A stretch of DNA of 64,000 nt from an uncultured Planctomycetia bacterium (GTDB taxonomy: Bacteria > Planctomycetota > UBA8108), in NCBI GenBank assembly GCA_964392615.1, contig CAYMRB010000002.1, positions 4,243-68,242 on the forward strand, written 5' to 3'. The first letter of the stretch is position 1, and each line of letters opens with the position of its first letter. The notes beneath the pieces were generated by a model. That model was given only the letters and a program-made list of their open reading frames with translations, had not been told where the DNA came from and made no database searches. The translations under genes and the position numbers were made by a program. This document shows positions 10,099 to 17,943 of the stretch, piece after piece.

Positions 10099-11136
10099 TC
10101 AGTATCGCAACAGAACCTTGATGACCTCGCCGCGCTGGATGGCCGCGAGCGCATCGTTGATCTGTTCGACCGGGAACTCATGCGTGATGAACTCGCCCGG
10201 GCTGAGCTTGCCCTGTCGAATCCAGTCGCAGAGCGGCGCTTGCGCGGCGCGCTCGCGCGCACGAGTCGGCCACTGGTGTACGAAGAGATTGAAGTTGTAG
10301 GGGCCGGTGTGCTTGTTGACGACGATCGATTCGGCTGACACCACGCCGTAGACGCAGATCGATCCACCCAGCTTCACGAGCGGCAGCGCCGCGTTGATGA
10401 TCTCCTCCTTGCCGACCGCGTCGACGACGGCGTCGAGGGGCTTGCCGCGTTTCTCGGTCAGCTTGCCGATCTCCGGGTCGCCGAGGTCGAACACCTGGTC
10501 GGCACCCATCGCGGTCGCTCGCTCGCGCTTGTGAGCGAGAGGCGCGACGAGCCCGACCCAGCCCAGCCCGAGCAGCTTGGCGAACTTCACGAAGCTCAGG
10601 CCGACGGGGCCGCCGCCGAACACGAGGATGTCGTCGCCTTCCTGGAAGTGGAAGTCGCCGAAGGCGCCGTAGACCTCGCGCCAGGTGCACAGCAGCCCGG
10701 CGGCCTCGAGGGGGATGTCGGCGTCGACCGCACGCTGGATCTCGTAGCACTCGAACCAGCCGTGTTCGGCGTCCGCGACGCCATCTTCGACCATCGCGTC
10801 GTGGTCGTTCGCGAGCGTGTACTCGCAGAAACCGCCCCAGCCGGTCGCGTACTTCGGATCGTCGAACTCGAACAGGAGGCCGCCGATGACGCGATCGCCG
10901 ACCTTGAAGTTGCGGACCTTGTCGCCGACGGCCTCGACGACGCCGGCCACCTCGTGACCGAGCATCAGCGGGTAGTCCTCGACGCCGGGGAACTTGCCGG
11001 CGACGAGCTTGCTGTCCGTCGAGTTGCAGACGAGCGCCGCCTCGGTGCGGACCTTGGCCTGATAGGGGCCGACCTCGGGCGCACCGATTTCCACGAGCTC
11101 GACGCGGTTCGGTTCGACGACTGCGACTGCTCTCAT
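10099..11136 (-). CDS. Zinc-dependent medium-chain dehydrogenase/reductase (polyol or sugar dehydrogenase-like)
   Basis: GHEVAGVVEAVGDKV zinc-ligand block and the GDRV motif. Rossmann VFGGGPVGL. Confidence 0.85.
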   Translation of the reverse strand: MRAVAVVEPNRVELVEIGAPEVGPYQAKVRTEAALVCNSTDSKLVAGKFPGVEDYPLMLGHEVAGVVEAVGDKVRNFKVGDRVIGGLLFEFDDPKYATGWGGFCEYTLANDHDAMVEDGVADAEHGWFECYEIQRAVDADIPLEAAGLLCTWREVYGAFGDFHFQEGDDILVFGGGPVGLSFVKFAKLLGLGWVGLVAPLAHKRERATAMGADQVFDLGDPEIGKLTEKRGKPLDAVVDAVGKEEIINAALPLVKLGGSICVYGVVSAESIVVNKHTGPYNFNLFVHQWPTRARERAAQAPLCDWIRQGKLSPGEFITHEFPVEQINDALAAIQRGEVIKVLLRY

Positions 11137-11196
11137 GTGTTTCTCTCCAGATCAGGCCGGCTCCGTGTCGACAGCAGCCGGGACGGTCCAATCAGC

Positions 11197-12309
11197 TCAC
11201 TTGATCTTGTCGAGGTGGATGACCGACATGGTGTAGGGCGCGTCGTGCGCCGTATTGACCTTGTCCGGTCCGGTCACCATGTCGAAGTTCGAGATGATGA
11301 GCTCGTTGCCGCGCAGAATGGGCTCGCCGGGCTGATCGAGACCGCCCTTCGATCCATCGCAGTCGGGGCTTCTGGCGAGCACGGTGACCTCGCCCGACGG
11401 GGTGACCTTGCAGACGGCGTTTTCCGAGAAGTCGGCGACGTAGATGTTGTCCTGCGCGTCCATGCAGATGCCGTCGATCGTGCGCATGTTCGGGCTCTTC
11501 GCGAAGACCTCGTTGGTCTTCACCGCGCCGTTCTCGTCGAACGTGACCTTGTGGAGCGTGCCGTCGCCGAAGTTGCCGACGAACAGGTTGCCCTGGCTGT
11601 CGAAGGACATGCCGTCGAGCCCGTACTGGCAGTCCATGTTGAGCGTCTTGAACTCGACCAGGAGATTCTTATCGCTGCGATCGTTCTTGAGCTGGACGTT
11701 CCTGTCCTTCTCGTCGAAACGGTAGACGGCACTGACGAGCTGCTCGGACTCGATGGCCGGCAGCATGCTCTGCGTGACCCAGATCTTGCCCTTGTAGTAC
11801 TTCACCGCGTTGGGATGGCTCATACCCGACGCGATGACCTCGGTCTGCTCGACCTTGCCGTTCGCGATCTTAAGCTTGAGGATGCGCCCCTCGTTCTGTC
11901 CCTCGGGCTTGCCCGGCCAGCCCTGGTTGTCCGCGACGTATAAGCTGCCGTCAGGGCCCATGTCGATGCCCATCGGGCACGAGCGCGCCGTCTTCTCGAG
12001 CTTCGGGCACTCGGCGTAGAGCGAGACCGTGTTGTCCTTGGCGATCTTCATGAACACGCCGGGCTTCGTCATGTCGCCGTAGTTCGGACACGCGAGGATG
12101 ATGTTGCCCTCCCCGTCCATCGTCATGCCATCCGGCGTCGGACAGATATCGGGCAGCGTCAGGAAGAGCTCCGACGTCGTGACCGGAACCGCCTCGGTCG
12201 TCTCGGCCGTGATCTCGGTGTCCGACTTCGAACCGATGCAACCCGACAGCCAGCCCGCTGCGCACGACGCCAGCAGGACCAGTCCGAGCCGCTTGATGCG
12301 CGCCGTCAT
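11197..12309 (-). CDS. SMP-30/gluconolactonase/LRE-like beta-propeller lipoprotein
   Basis: Lipobox WLSGC. Repeated blades with DGMxxDxxGN(I/L)(Y/F)V(A/G) (MTMDGEGNIIL, MGPDGSLYVADN, MSFDSQGNLFVGN, CMDAQDNIYVADF). Confidence 0.7.
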   Translation of the reverse strand: MTARIKRLGLVLLASCAAGWLSGCIGSKSDTEITAETTEAVPVTTSELFLTLPDICPTPDGMTMDGEGNIILACPNYGDMTKPGVFMKIAKDNTVSLYAECPKLEKTARSCPMGIDMGPDGSLYVADNQGWPGKPEGQNEGRILKLKIANGKVEQTEVIASGMSHPNAVKYYKGKIWVTQSMLPAIESEQLVSAVYRFDEKDRNVQLKNDRSDKNLLVEFKTLNMDCQYGLDGMSFDSQGNLFVGNFGDGTLHKVTFDENGAVKTNEVFAKSPNMRTIDGICMDAQDNIYVADFSENAVCKVTPSGEVTVLARSPDCDGSKGGLDQPGEPILRGNELIISNFDMVTGPDKVNTAHDAPYTMSVIHLDKIK

Positions 12310-12508
12310 GTTCGTTCCCCTCCCTACTGACTCCTGGTGTGATGAGAGATACGCAGAGATGCGGAATAGCAGGTCCGAGCTCTGGTTCGGGACTCGAGTG
12401 GGCGCGCATCCTATGGCAGATCCAGCAAAGCATCAACGGTCTGCGATGGGCCACACGGGAGTTGACTTTCCGTGCGTTCACGGAGATCGTGCCGCCAAGG
12501 AGGGCGTG

Positions 12509-13507
12509 ATGAAGACGACGCTGTCGAGAATCGTTTTCGTGACTTTGGTCGCAGGGTGGATGGCCGGCTGCGGCAACGAGTCCGGCGTCGACGAGCCGAC
12601 CGGTGCCGCCACAGCCAGCGGCCTGACGGTGGCGTACTCCTCCGTCGGCGATCCGAACCCGTGGTTCCTCGCGTTCTCCGCCGACCTGGAGAAGGAGGCG
12701 AAGAAGCGCGGCTACACGTTCCGGGTCACCCACGCTCAGGCTCGCATCGAGAAGCAGATCTCCGACGTCGAGGACATCGTCGTGCAGAAGCCCGACTATC
12801 TCGTCCTCGGCCCGATCGATCGCGAGGGATCGGCGGACGCGCTGCGCATCGCGAAGAAGGCTGGCGTGCCCGTCGTCGTCGTGAATCGCGATATCGTCGG
12901 CGTCGCCGGCGAGGACTACGTGACGAAGATCTACTCCGACTTCGAGTGGATCGGCGGGAAGATGGCGGAGCTGATCCGGGACGCCTTCCCGGCCGACACG
13001 GCCGAAATCCGCGTCGTCGAGCTTCACGGCACCCCGGGCGGTGGCAACACCATCGACATGCAAAAGGGGTTCCGGAGGAAGATGGCGGAGTCTCCGCGGA
13101 TGAAGATCGTGTCGTCCCAATTGGGCGATTTCAACCGCGCCACCGCGTTGAAGGCGATGGAGAACATCCTCCAGTCCGGCATCGAGTTCGATGCGGTCGT
13201 CGGACACTTCGATGAGGAGGCGATCGGCGCGATCCAGGCGATGATGGCCGCCGGCAAGAAGATCGGCAGCGAGCCGTCGAAGGGCGAGATCATCGTCGTC
13301 GGCAACGGCGGCACCAAGGATGGTCTGCGGGCGATCAAGGCCGGGCAGTATCACAAGATCGTCTCGGTGACGCCGTACTACGCCGGACAGGTATTCGATG
13401 CGATCGAGGCCCACCGCAGGGGCGAGGAGCTTCCGGAGTACATCCGCGTGGAGGATATCGTCATCGGCGCGGCCACCGTGGATGAGCACATGGACAGCGG
13501 CTTCTGA
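12509..13507 (+). CDS. ABC sugar transporter, periplasmic substrate-binding lipoprotein (RbsB-like, PBP type 1)
   Basis: AGGAGG lies 6 nt upstream of the ATG at 12509. Lipobox WMAGC. The fold pattern is ribose-binding-protein-like (VPVVVVNRD, GAIQAMMAAGK, VVGNGGTKDGLRAIKAG). The track ORF start at 12098 is a junk extension across the divergent promoter. Confidence 0.85.
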   Translation: MKTTLSRIVFVTLVAGWMAGCGNESGVDEPTGAATASGLTVAYSSVGDPNPWFLAFSADLEKEAKKRGYTFRVTHAQARIEKQISDVEDIVVQKPDYLVLGPIDREGSADALRIAKKAGVPVVVVNRDIVGVAGEDYVTKIYSDFEWIGGKMAELIRDAFPADTAEIRVVELHGTPGGGNTIDMQKGFRRKMAESPRMKIVSSQLGDFNRATALKAMENILQSGIEFDAVVGHFDEEAIGAIQAMMAAGKKIGSEPSKGEIIVVGNGGTKDGLRAIKAGQYHKIVSVTPYYAGQVFDAIEAHRRGEELPEYIRVEDIVIGAATVDEHMDSGF

Positions 13508-13523
13508 TCATCTGCGACAGGAG

Positions 13524-15053
13524 ATGACATCGTCGCCGCCCCAGATCGAACACCTGCTTCAGATGCGGGGGATCACGAAGTCGTTTCCCGGCGTCAACGC
13601 GCTGCAGGGCGTCGACTTTCTCGTCAAGCGGGGAGAGGCCCACGCGCTGATGGGCGAGAACGGGGCGGGGAAGTCGACCCTCATCAAGATCCTCACGGGC
13701 ATCCTGCGGTGCGACGCCGGCGACATCGTTTTCGATGGACGGGATCTCTCTCCGGCTACGGCAGCCGATGCCCAGCGAGCGGGGATCAGCTCCGTCTACC
13801 AGGAGCTCGACCTGATTCCGCACCTCAGCGTCGCCGAGAACCTCTTCGTCGGGCGCGAGCCTCTGAAGCGGGGGCTCATCGATTGGCGCACCGTCAGGCG
13901 ACGGGCGCATGAGATCCTGGGCAACCTGGGGCTCGGCGATGTCGATGTCGACGCGCCGTCTCATCGCCAGAGCGTCGCGGTGCAGCAGATGGTCGCCATC
14001 GCGCGGGCCGTATCGGTCGACGCCAGGCTCTTGGTGATGGATGAGCCGACCTCGTCGCTCAGTGAGAGCGAGGTGGAAGTGCTGTTCGAGGTCATTCGCG
14101 CTCTCAAGCGGCGTGGGATCTCGATCATCTTCATCAGCCACAAGCTCGACGAGGTGTTCGAGATCTGCGAACGCGCGACGGTTCTGCGCGATGGGCAGCT
14201 GGTTGGCGAGTACCGGCTCGTGGAACTGGACAAGCTGCAGCTGGTTTCGCTGATGATCGGACGAGCAGCGGAGACGGTCCTCGAGCGGAAAAGAACGGGC
14301 GCCGAGGTCGCGGACGAACAGCGGCCGCTTCTGAGGGCGACCGGTCTGTCCAGAGGTCGCAGGACGCGCGAGATCAGCATCGAAGTCCGCACGGGCGAGA
14401 TCGTCGGCGTGGCCGGGCTGCTCGGATCGGGGCGCACGGAGCTGGCCCGTATCCTCTTCGGCGATGAGAGACCGGAGGCGGGCGCGCTCGAGATTCGAGG
14501 AGGAAGAGCCGCGATCTGCAGCCCGCGAGATGCCGTTCGTCTACACGTCGGCTTCTGCTCGGAGGATCGCAAGGAAGAGGGTATCTTCCCCGGCATGTCC
14601 GTCCTGGACAACATGACCATGGCCATGTTGCCTCGTCTGAGCCGGTTGGGCGTTCTCTCTCGCAGGGCGCAGCTCGATGTCGTCGAAAGGTACATCGACA
14701 AGCTGCAGATCGCCGCCTCCGGGCCTCACCAGCTGGCTGGGCAGTTGAGCGGAGGGAACCAACAGAAGGTTCTGCTCGCGCGCTGGCTTTGCATGAACCC
14801 GGTGCTGATGATCCTCGACGAGCCGACCCGCGGCATCGACGTCGGCGGGAAGTCGGAGATCGAGGACATCATCTGCGAGCTGGCGGAGGATGGCGTCGCG
14901 ATCCTCATGATCTCGTCCGAGCTGGAGGAGCTGATCCGATCGTGCGATCGGGTCGTCGTGTTGTCCGCAGGAAGGAAGGTGGGGGAGCTCGGTGCGCGAG
15001 AGATCTCCGAGGGGAGCCTTCTGCACATGATGGCTCACGGGCGTGAGGCGTGA
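13524..15053 (+). CDS. ABC sugar transporter ATPase with duplicated ATP-binding cassettes (RbsA/MglA-like)
   Basis: Walker A GENGAGKST, signature SGGNQQKVLLAR, Walker B LLVMDEPT and MILDEPTRGIDV. I trimmed the start to MTSSPPQ (13524). Confidence 0.9.
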   Translation: MTSSPPQIEHLLQMRGITKSFPGVNALQGVDFLVKRGEAHALMGENGAGKSTLIKILTGILRCDAGDIVFDGRDLSPATAADAQRAGISSVYQELDLIPHLSVAENLFVGREPLKRGLIDWRTVRRRAHEILGNLGLGDVDVDAPSHRQSVAVQQMVAIARAVSVDARLLVMDEPTSSLSESEVEVLFEVIRALKRRGISIIFISHKLDEVFEICERATVLRDGQLVGEYRLVELDKLQLVSLMIGRAAETVLERKRTGAEVADEQRPLLRATGLSRGRRTREISIEVRTGEIVGVAGLLGSGRTELARILFGDERPEAGALEIRGGRAAICSPRDAVRLHVGFCSEDRKEEGIFPGMSVLDNMTMAMLPRLSRLGVLSRRAQLDVVERYIDKLQIAASGPHQLAGQLSGGNQQKVLLARWLCMNPVLMILDEPTRGIDVGGKSEIEDIICELAEDGVAILMISSELEELIRSCDRVVVLSAGRKVGELGAREISEGSLLHMMAHGREA

Positions 15054-15972
15054 TGGCGTGATGTTTCGCAAGTACGAGACAGCGATCGCGTTCGTGGCGT
15101 TGATCGTCCTGAACGCCTGCTTCACGCCGAACTTCCTCTCGCTCGGGACGCTCGAGAACACGTTGGTTCAGGCCTTTCCGATCGTACTCGTCGCTCTCGG
15201 CATGACGCTCGTGATCTCGTCAGGGGGAATCGACATCTCGGTCGGAGCGATCATGGCCGTCGCCGGTGCCGTCCTGGCGCGCGTCTACACTGCGGACGTC
15301 GGCTTGGCATTGCCGATCGCTTGCGCTCTCGTCGGGGGTGGACTGTGCGGCTTGCTGAACGGTGTCCTCGTCGCGGGCTTCAGGATCCAGCCGATCATCG
15401 TGACCCTGGTCGTGATGATCGCGGGGCGCGGCCTGGCGCAGATCGTTCTCGGCGAGCCGGCCACGTCGCTGCTGTTCACCCCATTCAGCGAGTTCGGTCG
15501 CTTGAAGGTCGCGGGCGTGGTTCCGGTGCAGATTCCGATCCTGCTCGCCGTCGTCGCCGCGATGTTCTTCGTCGCGAAGAAGACCGCCTTCGCGAAGCGC
15601 GTCGAGGCCATTGGCGACAATCCGCGCGCGGCGCGTCTGGTCGGCATCCGCGTCGTGTTCGTCACTGCGACGGTCTACGTTCTGTGCGGCATGCTCTGCG
15701 CGGTCGCTGGCGTCATGGAGGCCTGCCGCGTCACGCAAGTCAACGCGGGCCAATTGGGCGTGCTGATCGAGCTCGATGCGATCGCCGCGGTCGCCATCGG
15801 GGGGACGCCCTTCTCCGGCGGGCGCGCGCGGATTCTGGGCACGGTCGTCGGCGCGATCACCGTTCAATTGGTCACCGTCGTCGTCAACATGAACAACATC
15901 GCGTTTCACTACTCGCTGCCTTTGAAGGCGGTGATCGTGATCCTGGCGCTGTGGACACAGAGGAGGAGGTAG
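15043..15972 (+). CDS. ABC sugar transporter permease (RbsC-like)
   Basis: Polytopic hydrophobic protein with the family block VISSGGIDISVGAIMAV. An alternative start is MFRKYE at 15061. Confidence 0.85.
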   Translation: MRRDGVMFRKYETAIAFVALIVLNACFTPNFLSLGTLENTLVQAFPIVLVALGMTLVISSGGIDISVGAIMAVAGAVLARVYTADVGLALPIACALVGGGLCGLLNGVLVAGFRIQPIIVTLVVMIAGRGLAQIVLGEPATSLLFTPFSEFGRLKVAGVVPVQIPILLAVVAAMFFVAKKTAFAKRVEAIGDNPRAARLVGIRVVFVTATVYVLCGMLCAVAGVMEACRVTQVNAGQLGVLIELDAIAAVAIGGTPFSGGRARILGTVVGAITVQLVTVVVNMNNIAFHYSLPLKAVIVILALWTQRRR

Positions 15973-15978
15973 CAGCCC

Positions 15979-16923
15979 GTGGCGGGAGGGAGCGACATGT
16001 TGCGCGTGATCCGATCCCAGGGACCGCTCGTCGCCCTGCTCGTGCTGTGCGTCGCGGCGACCTGCTACCGCAGCTCGTTCATCGATCCGACGAACCTGGC
16101 CAACATCCTCCGGCAGGTCAGCATTCCGGGTCTCGTCGCGATCGGCATGGCCTTCGTCATCCTGTCCGGCGGCATCGACCTCTCCGTCGGGTCCATCGCG
16201 GCGGTCGCATCCGTATTGGCAGCCAGGTGGAGTGGGGACAGCGCGGTGGCCATCGTCGTGCCGACGATGGTCGGCGCGGGCATCGGCATGATGAACGGGA
16301 CGTTGATCACCCGCGCGGGGATTCAGCCCTTCATCGCGACGCTCGCGACGATGTTGGGAGCGCGAGGGCTGGCGTTCATCGTCGCAGGAGGCAAGCCGGT
16401 GGGTGCGGACAAGGCCGGAGTGCTGTCGCAGATCGCGAAGGCGGATCTACTCGGCATCCCGGCGATGGCGCTGATCTACTTGCTCACGTTTCTCCTCGCC
16501 GTCGTCGTGGCCGGTCGCACACGCTTCGGCCGCGCTCTCTACGCGATCGGCGGCAACGAGGAGGCGGCCATCACGATGGGGCTGGCCGTCAAGCGCAACA
16601 AGCTGTTCGCATACACCATCTCAGGAGCGCTCGCCGGGATTGCAGGAGTGCTACTGACGTCGCGCATCGGCTCCGGGCAGCCGACCGCTGCGGCCGGATG
16701 GGAGCTCACCGCCATCGCCGCCGTCGTCATCGGAGGCATTTCGCTGACAGGAGGCGTCGGCCGGATGAGTCACACGCTGTACGGCGTGCTGATTCTCGGC
16801 GTGATACCCAACGTGATCAACCTGCAGGGCACGCTGTCCTATTGGTACGTCAATCTGATCACGGGGCTGCTGCTGTTGGCGATCGTCCTGCTGCAGTCGC
16901 GGATCGCGTCACGAGTGCGTTGA
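15979..16923 (+). CDS. ABC sugar transporter permease (second RbsC-like subunit)
   Basis: Block ILSGGIDLSVGSIAAV and a polytopic profile; it is a paralogue of the preceding permease. Confidence 0.85.
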   Translation: MAGGSDMLRVIRSQGPLVALLVLCVAATCYRSSFIDPTNLANILRQVSIPGLVAIGMAFVILSGGIDLSVGSIAAVASVLAARWSGDSAVAIVVPTMVGAGIGMMNGTLITRAGIQPFIATLATMLGARGLAFIVAGGKPVGADKAGVLSQIAKADLLGIPAMALIYLLTFLLAVVVAGRTRFGRALYAIGGNEEAAITMGLAVKRNKLFAYTISGALAGIAGVLLTSRIGSGQPTAAAGWELTAIAAVVIGGISLTGGVGRMSHTLYGVLILGVIPNVINLQGTLSYWYVNLITGLLLLAIVLLQSRIASRVR

Positions 16924-16942
16924 GACGTCGAGATCGCAGACC

Positions 16943-17905
16943 TCACTCGATCAGCGCAAACGCCTTCTTCATCGCCTTCGCTGTCGTAGCGGCCGCTTCG
17001 TCGTCAGCCATCTCGTTGAGCGCGCGGTTGAACGGTTCGGCGCGGACGGGGCCGTCGTAGCCGATCTCGACGAGCGCTTTCAGAAAACCGGCGACGTCGA
17101 TGACTCCGGTGGCCATCGGCAGCTCGCGTCGGTTGTCGATCTGCTTGTCGATGTCGACCCCGGTCGGCGCGTCGTTGAGGTCGACCGCGACCACGTCCTT
17201 GTTCTTCAGCGTGCGGATGTCGTCCGGCGTCTCGCGGGCGGTGTACCAATGCCAGCTGTCGAGGATGAAGCCGACGTTGTCCTGACCGGCTTCGGCGAGG
17301 AGCTCCTTCGTCTCGGCCATCGTGTGCACGAAGCAGTGTCGCGAGCGCGTCCAGAGCGTCTTCGTGCCGATGTACTCGAGACCGAGGCGCAAGCCGTGGT
17401 CCTTCAGGATGGAACCGACCTCGCGCAGCCGCCTCGAGTAGCGCCTGAACTGCTGCAGGTAGGTCAGATCGTCCTGGAACGGGCGGATCCACGTGCCGAT
17501 GCGCGTGACGCCTGCGCGCTGCAGCACCTTCGCGGCAGCGGCGAGCTTCGCGAGCCCGTCGCGGTACCGCCCGTCGCCGGCGTCGAGGGCGACCGGCAGA
17601 TTGCCCGCGCTGAGAACGAGCTTCCTTTCCGTCAGATCGGCGAGGAATCTCTCGAGCTCGGCTGCGGAGAGCCTGCCGAGGTCGGCTGTTTTCGCCTCGA
17701 CCGACTCGAAGCCATGACGCGCGGCGAGCTCGACAGCGCGGCGCTGGTCGGCGCGCACACCGATGCTGCCGCAGCGCAGGTCGATCGTCATGCGGCGCTT
17801 GCCTTCTCCTGGCGGAGCCGCGGCCGCGAAGGCAGGAGCCATGCCGACCGCGGCGGTCGACACGAGAGCGGCACGACAAAACGATCTACGGCTGATGGCT
17901 TGCAT
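16943..17905 (-). CDS. Tat-exported sugar phosphate isomerase/epimerase (xylose isomerase-like TIM barrel)
   Basis: Twin-arginine signal MQAISRRSFCRAALVSTAAVGMAPAFA. TIM-barrel family blocks LGLEYIG and FILDSWHWY. I trimmed the start from 18055 to 17905. Confidence 0.75.
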   Translation of the reverse strand: MQAISRRSFCRAALVSTAAVGMAPAFAAAAPPGEGKRRMTIDLRCGSIGVRADQRRAVELAARHGFESVEAKTADLGRLSAAELERFLADLTERKLVLSAGNLPVALDAGDGRYRDGLAKLAAAAKVLQRAGVTRIGTWIRPFQDDLTYLQQFRRYSRRLREVGSILKDHGLRLGLEYIGTKTLWTRSRHCFVHTMAETKELLAEAGQDNVGFILDSWHWYTARETPDDIRTLKNKDVVAVDLNDAPTGVDIDKQIDNRRELPMATGVIDVAGFLKALVEIGYDGPVRAEPFNRALNEMADDEAAATTAKAMKKAFALIE

Positions 17906-17943
17906 CGATCGATCTCCTCGTTCGTACTCGGTGCCCGCTGGTG

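Noticed and set aside
11197-12309. An apparently Lys/Asn-richer, lower-GC lactonase gene, considered as a horizontally acquired island.
   Set aside because: This is an impression from reading only. I cannot compute windowed GC or codon statistics here. No flanking repeats, integrase or tRNA support an island.
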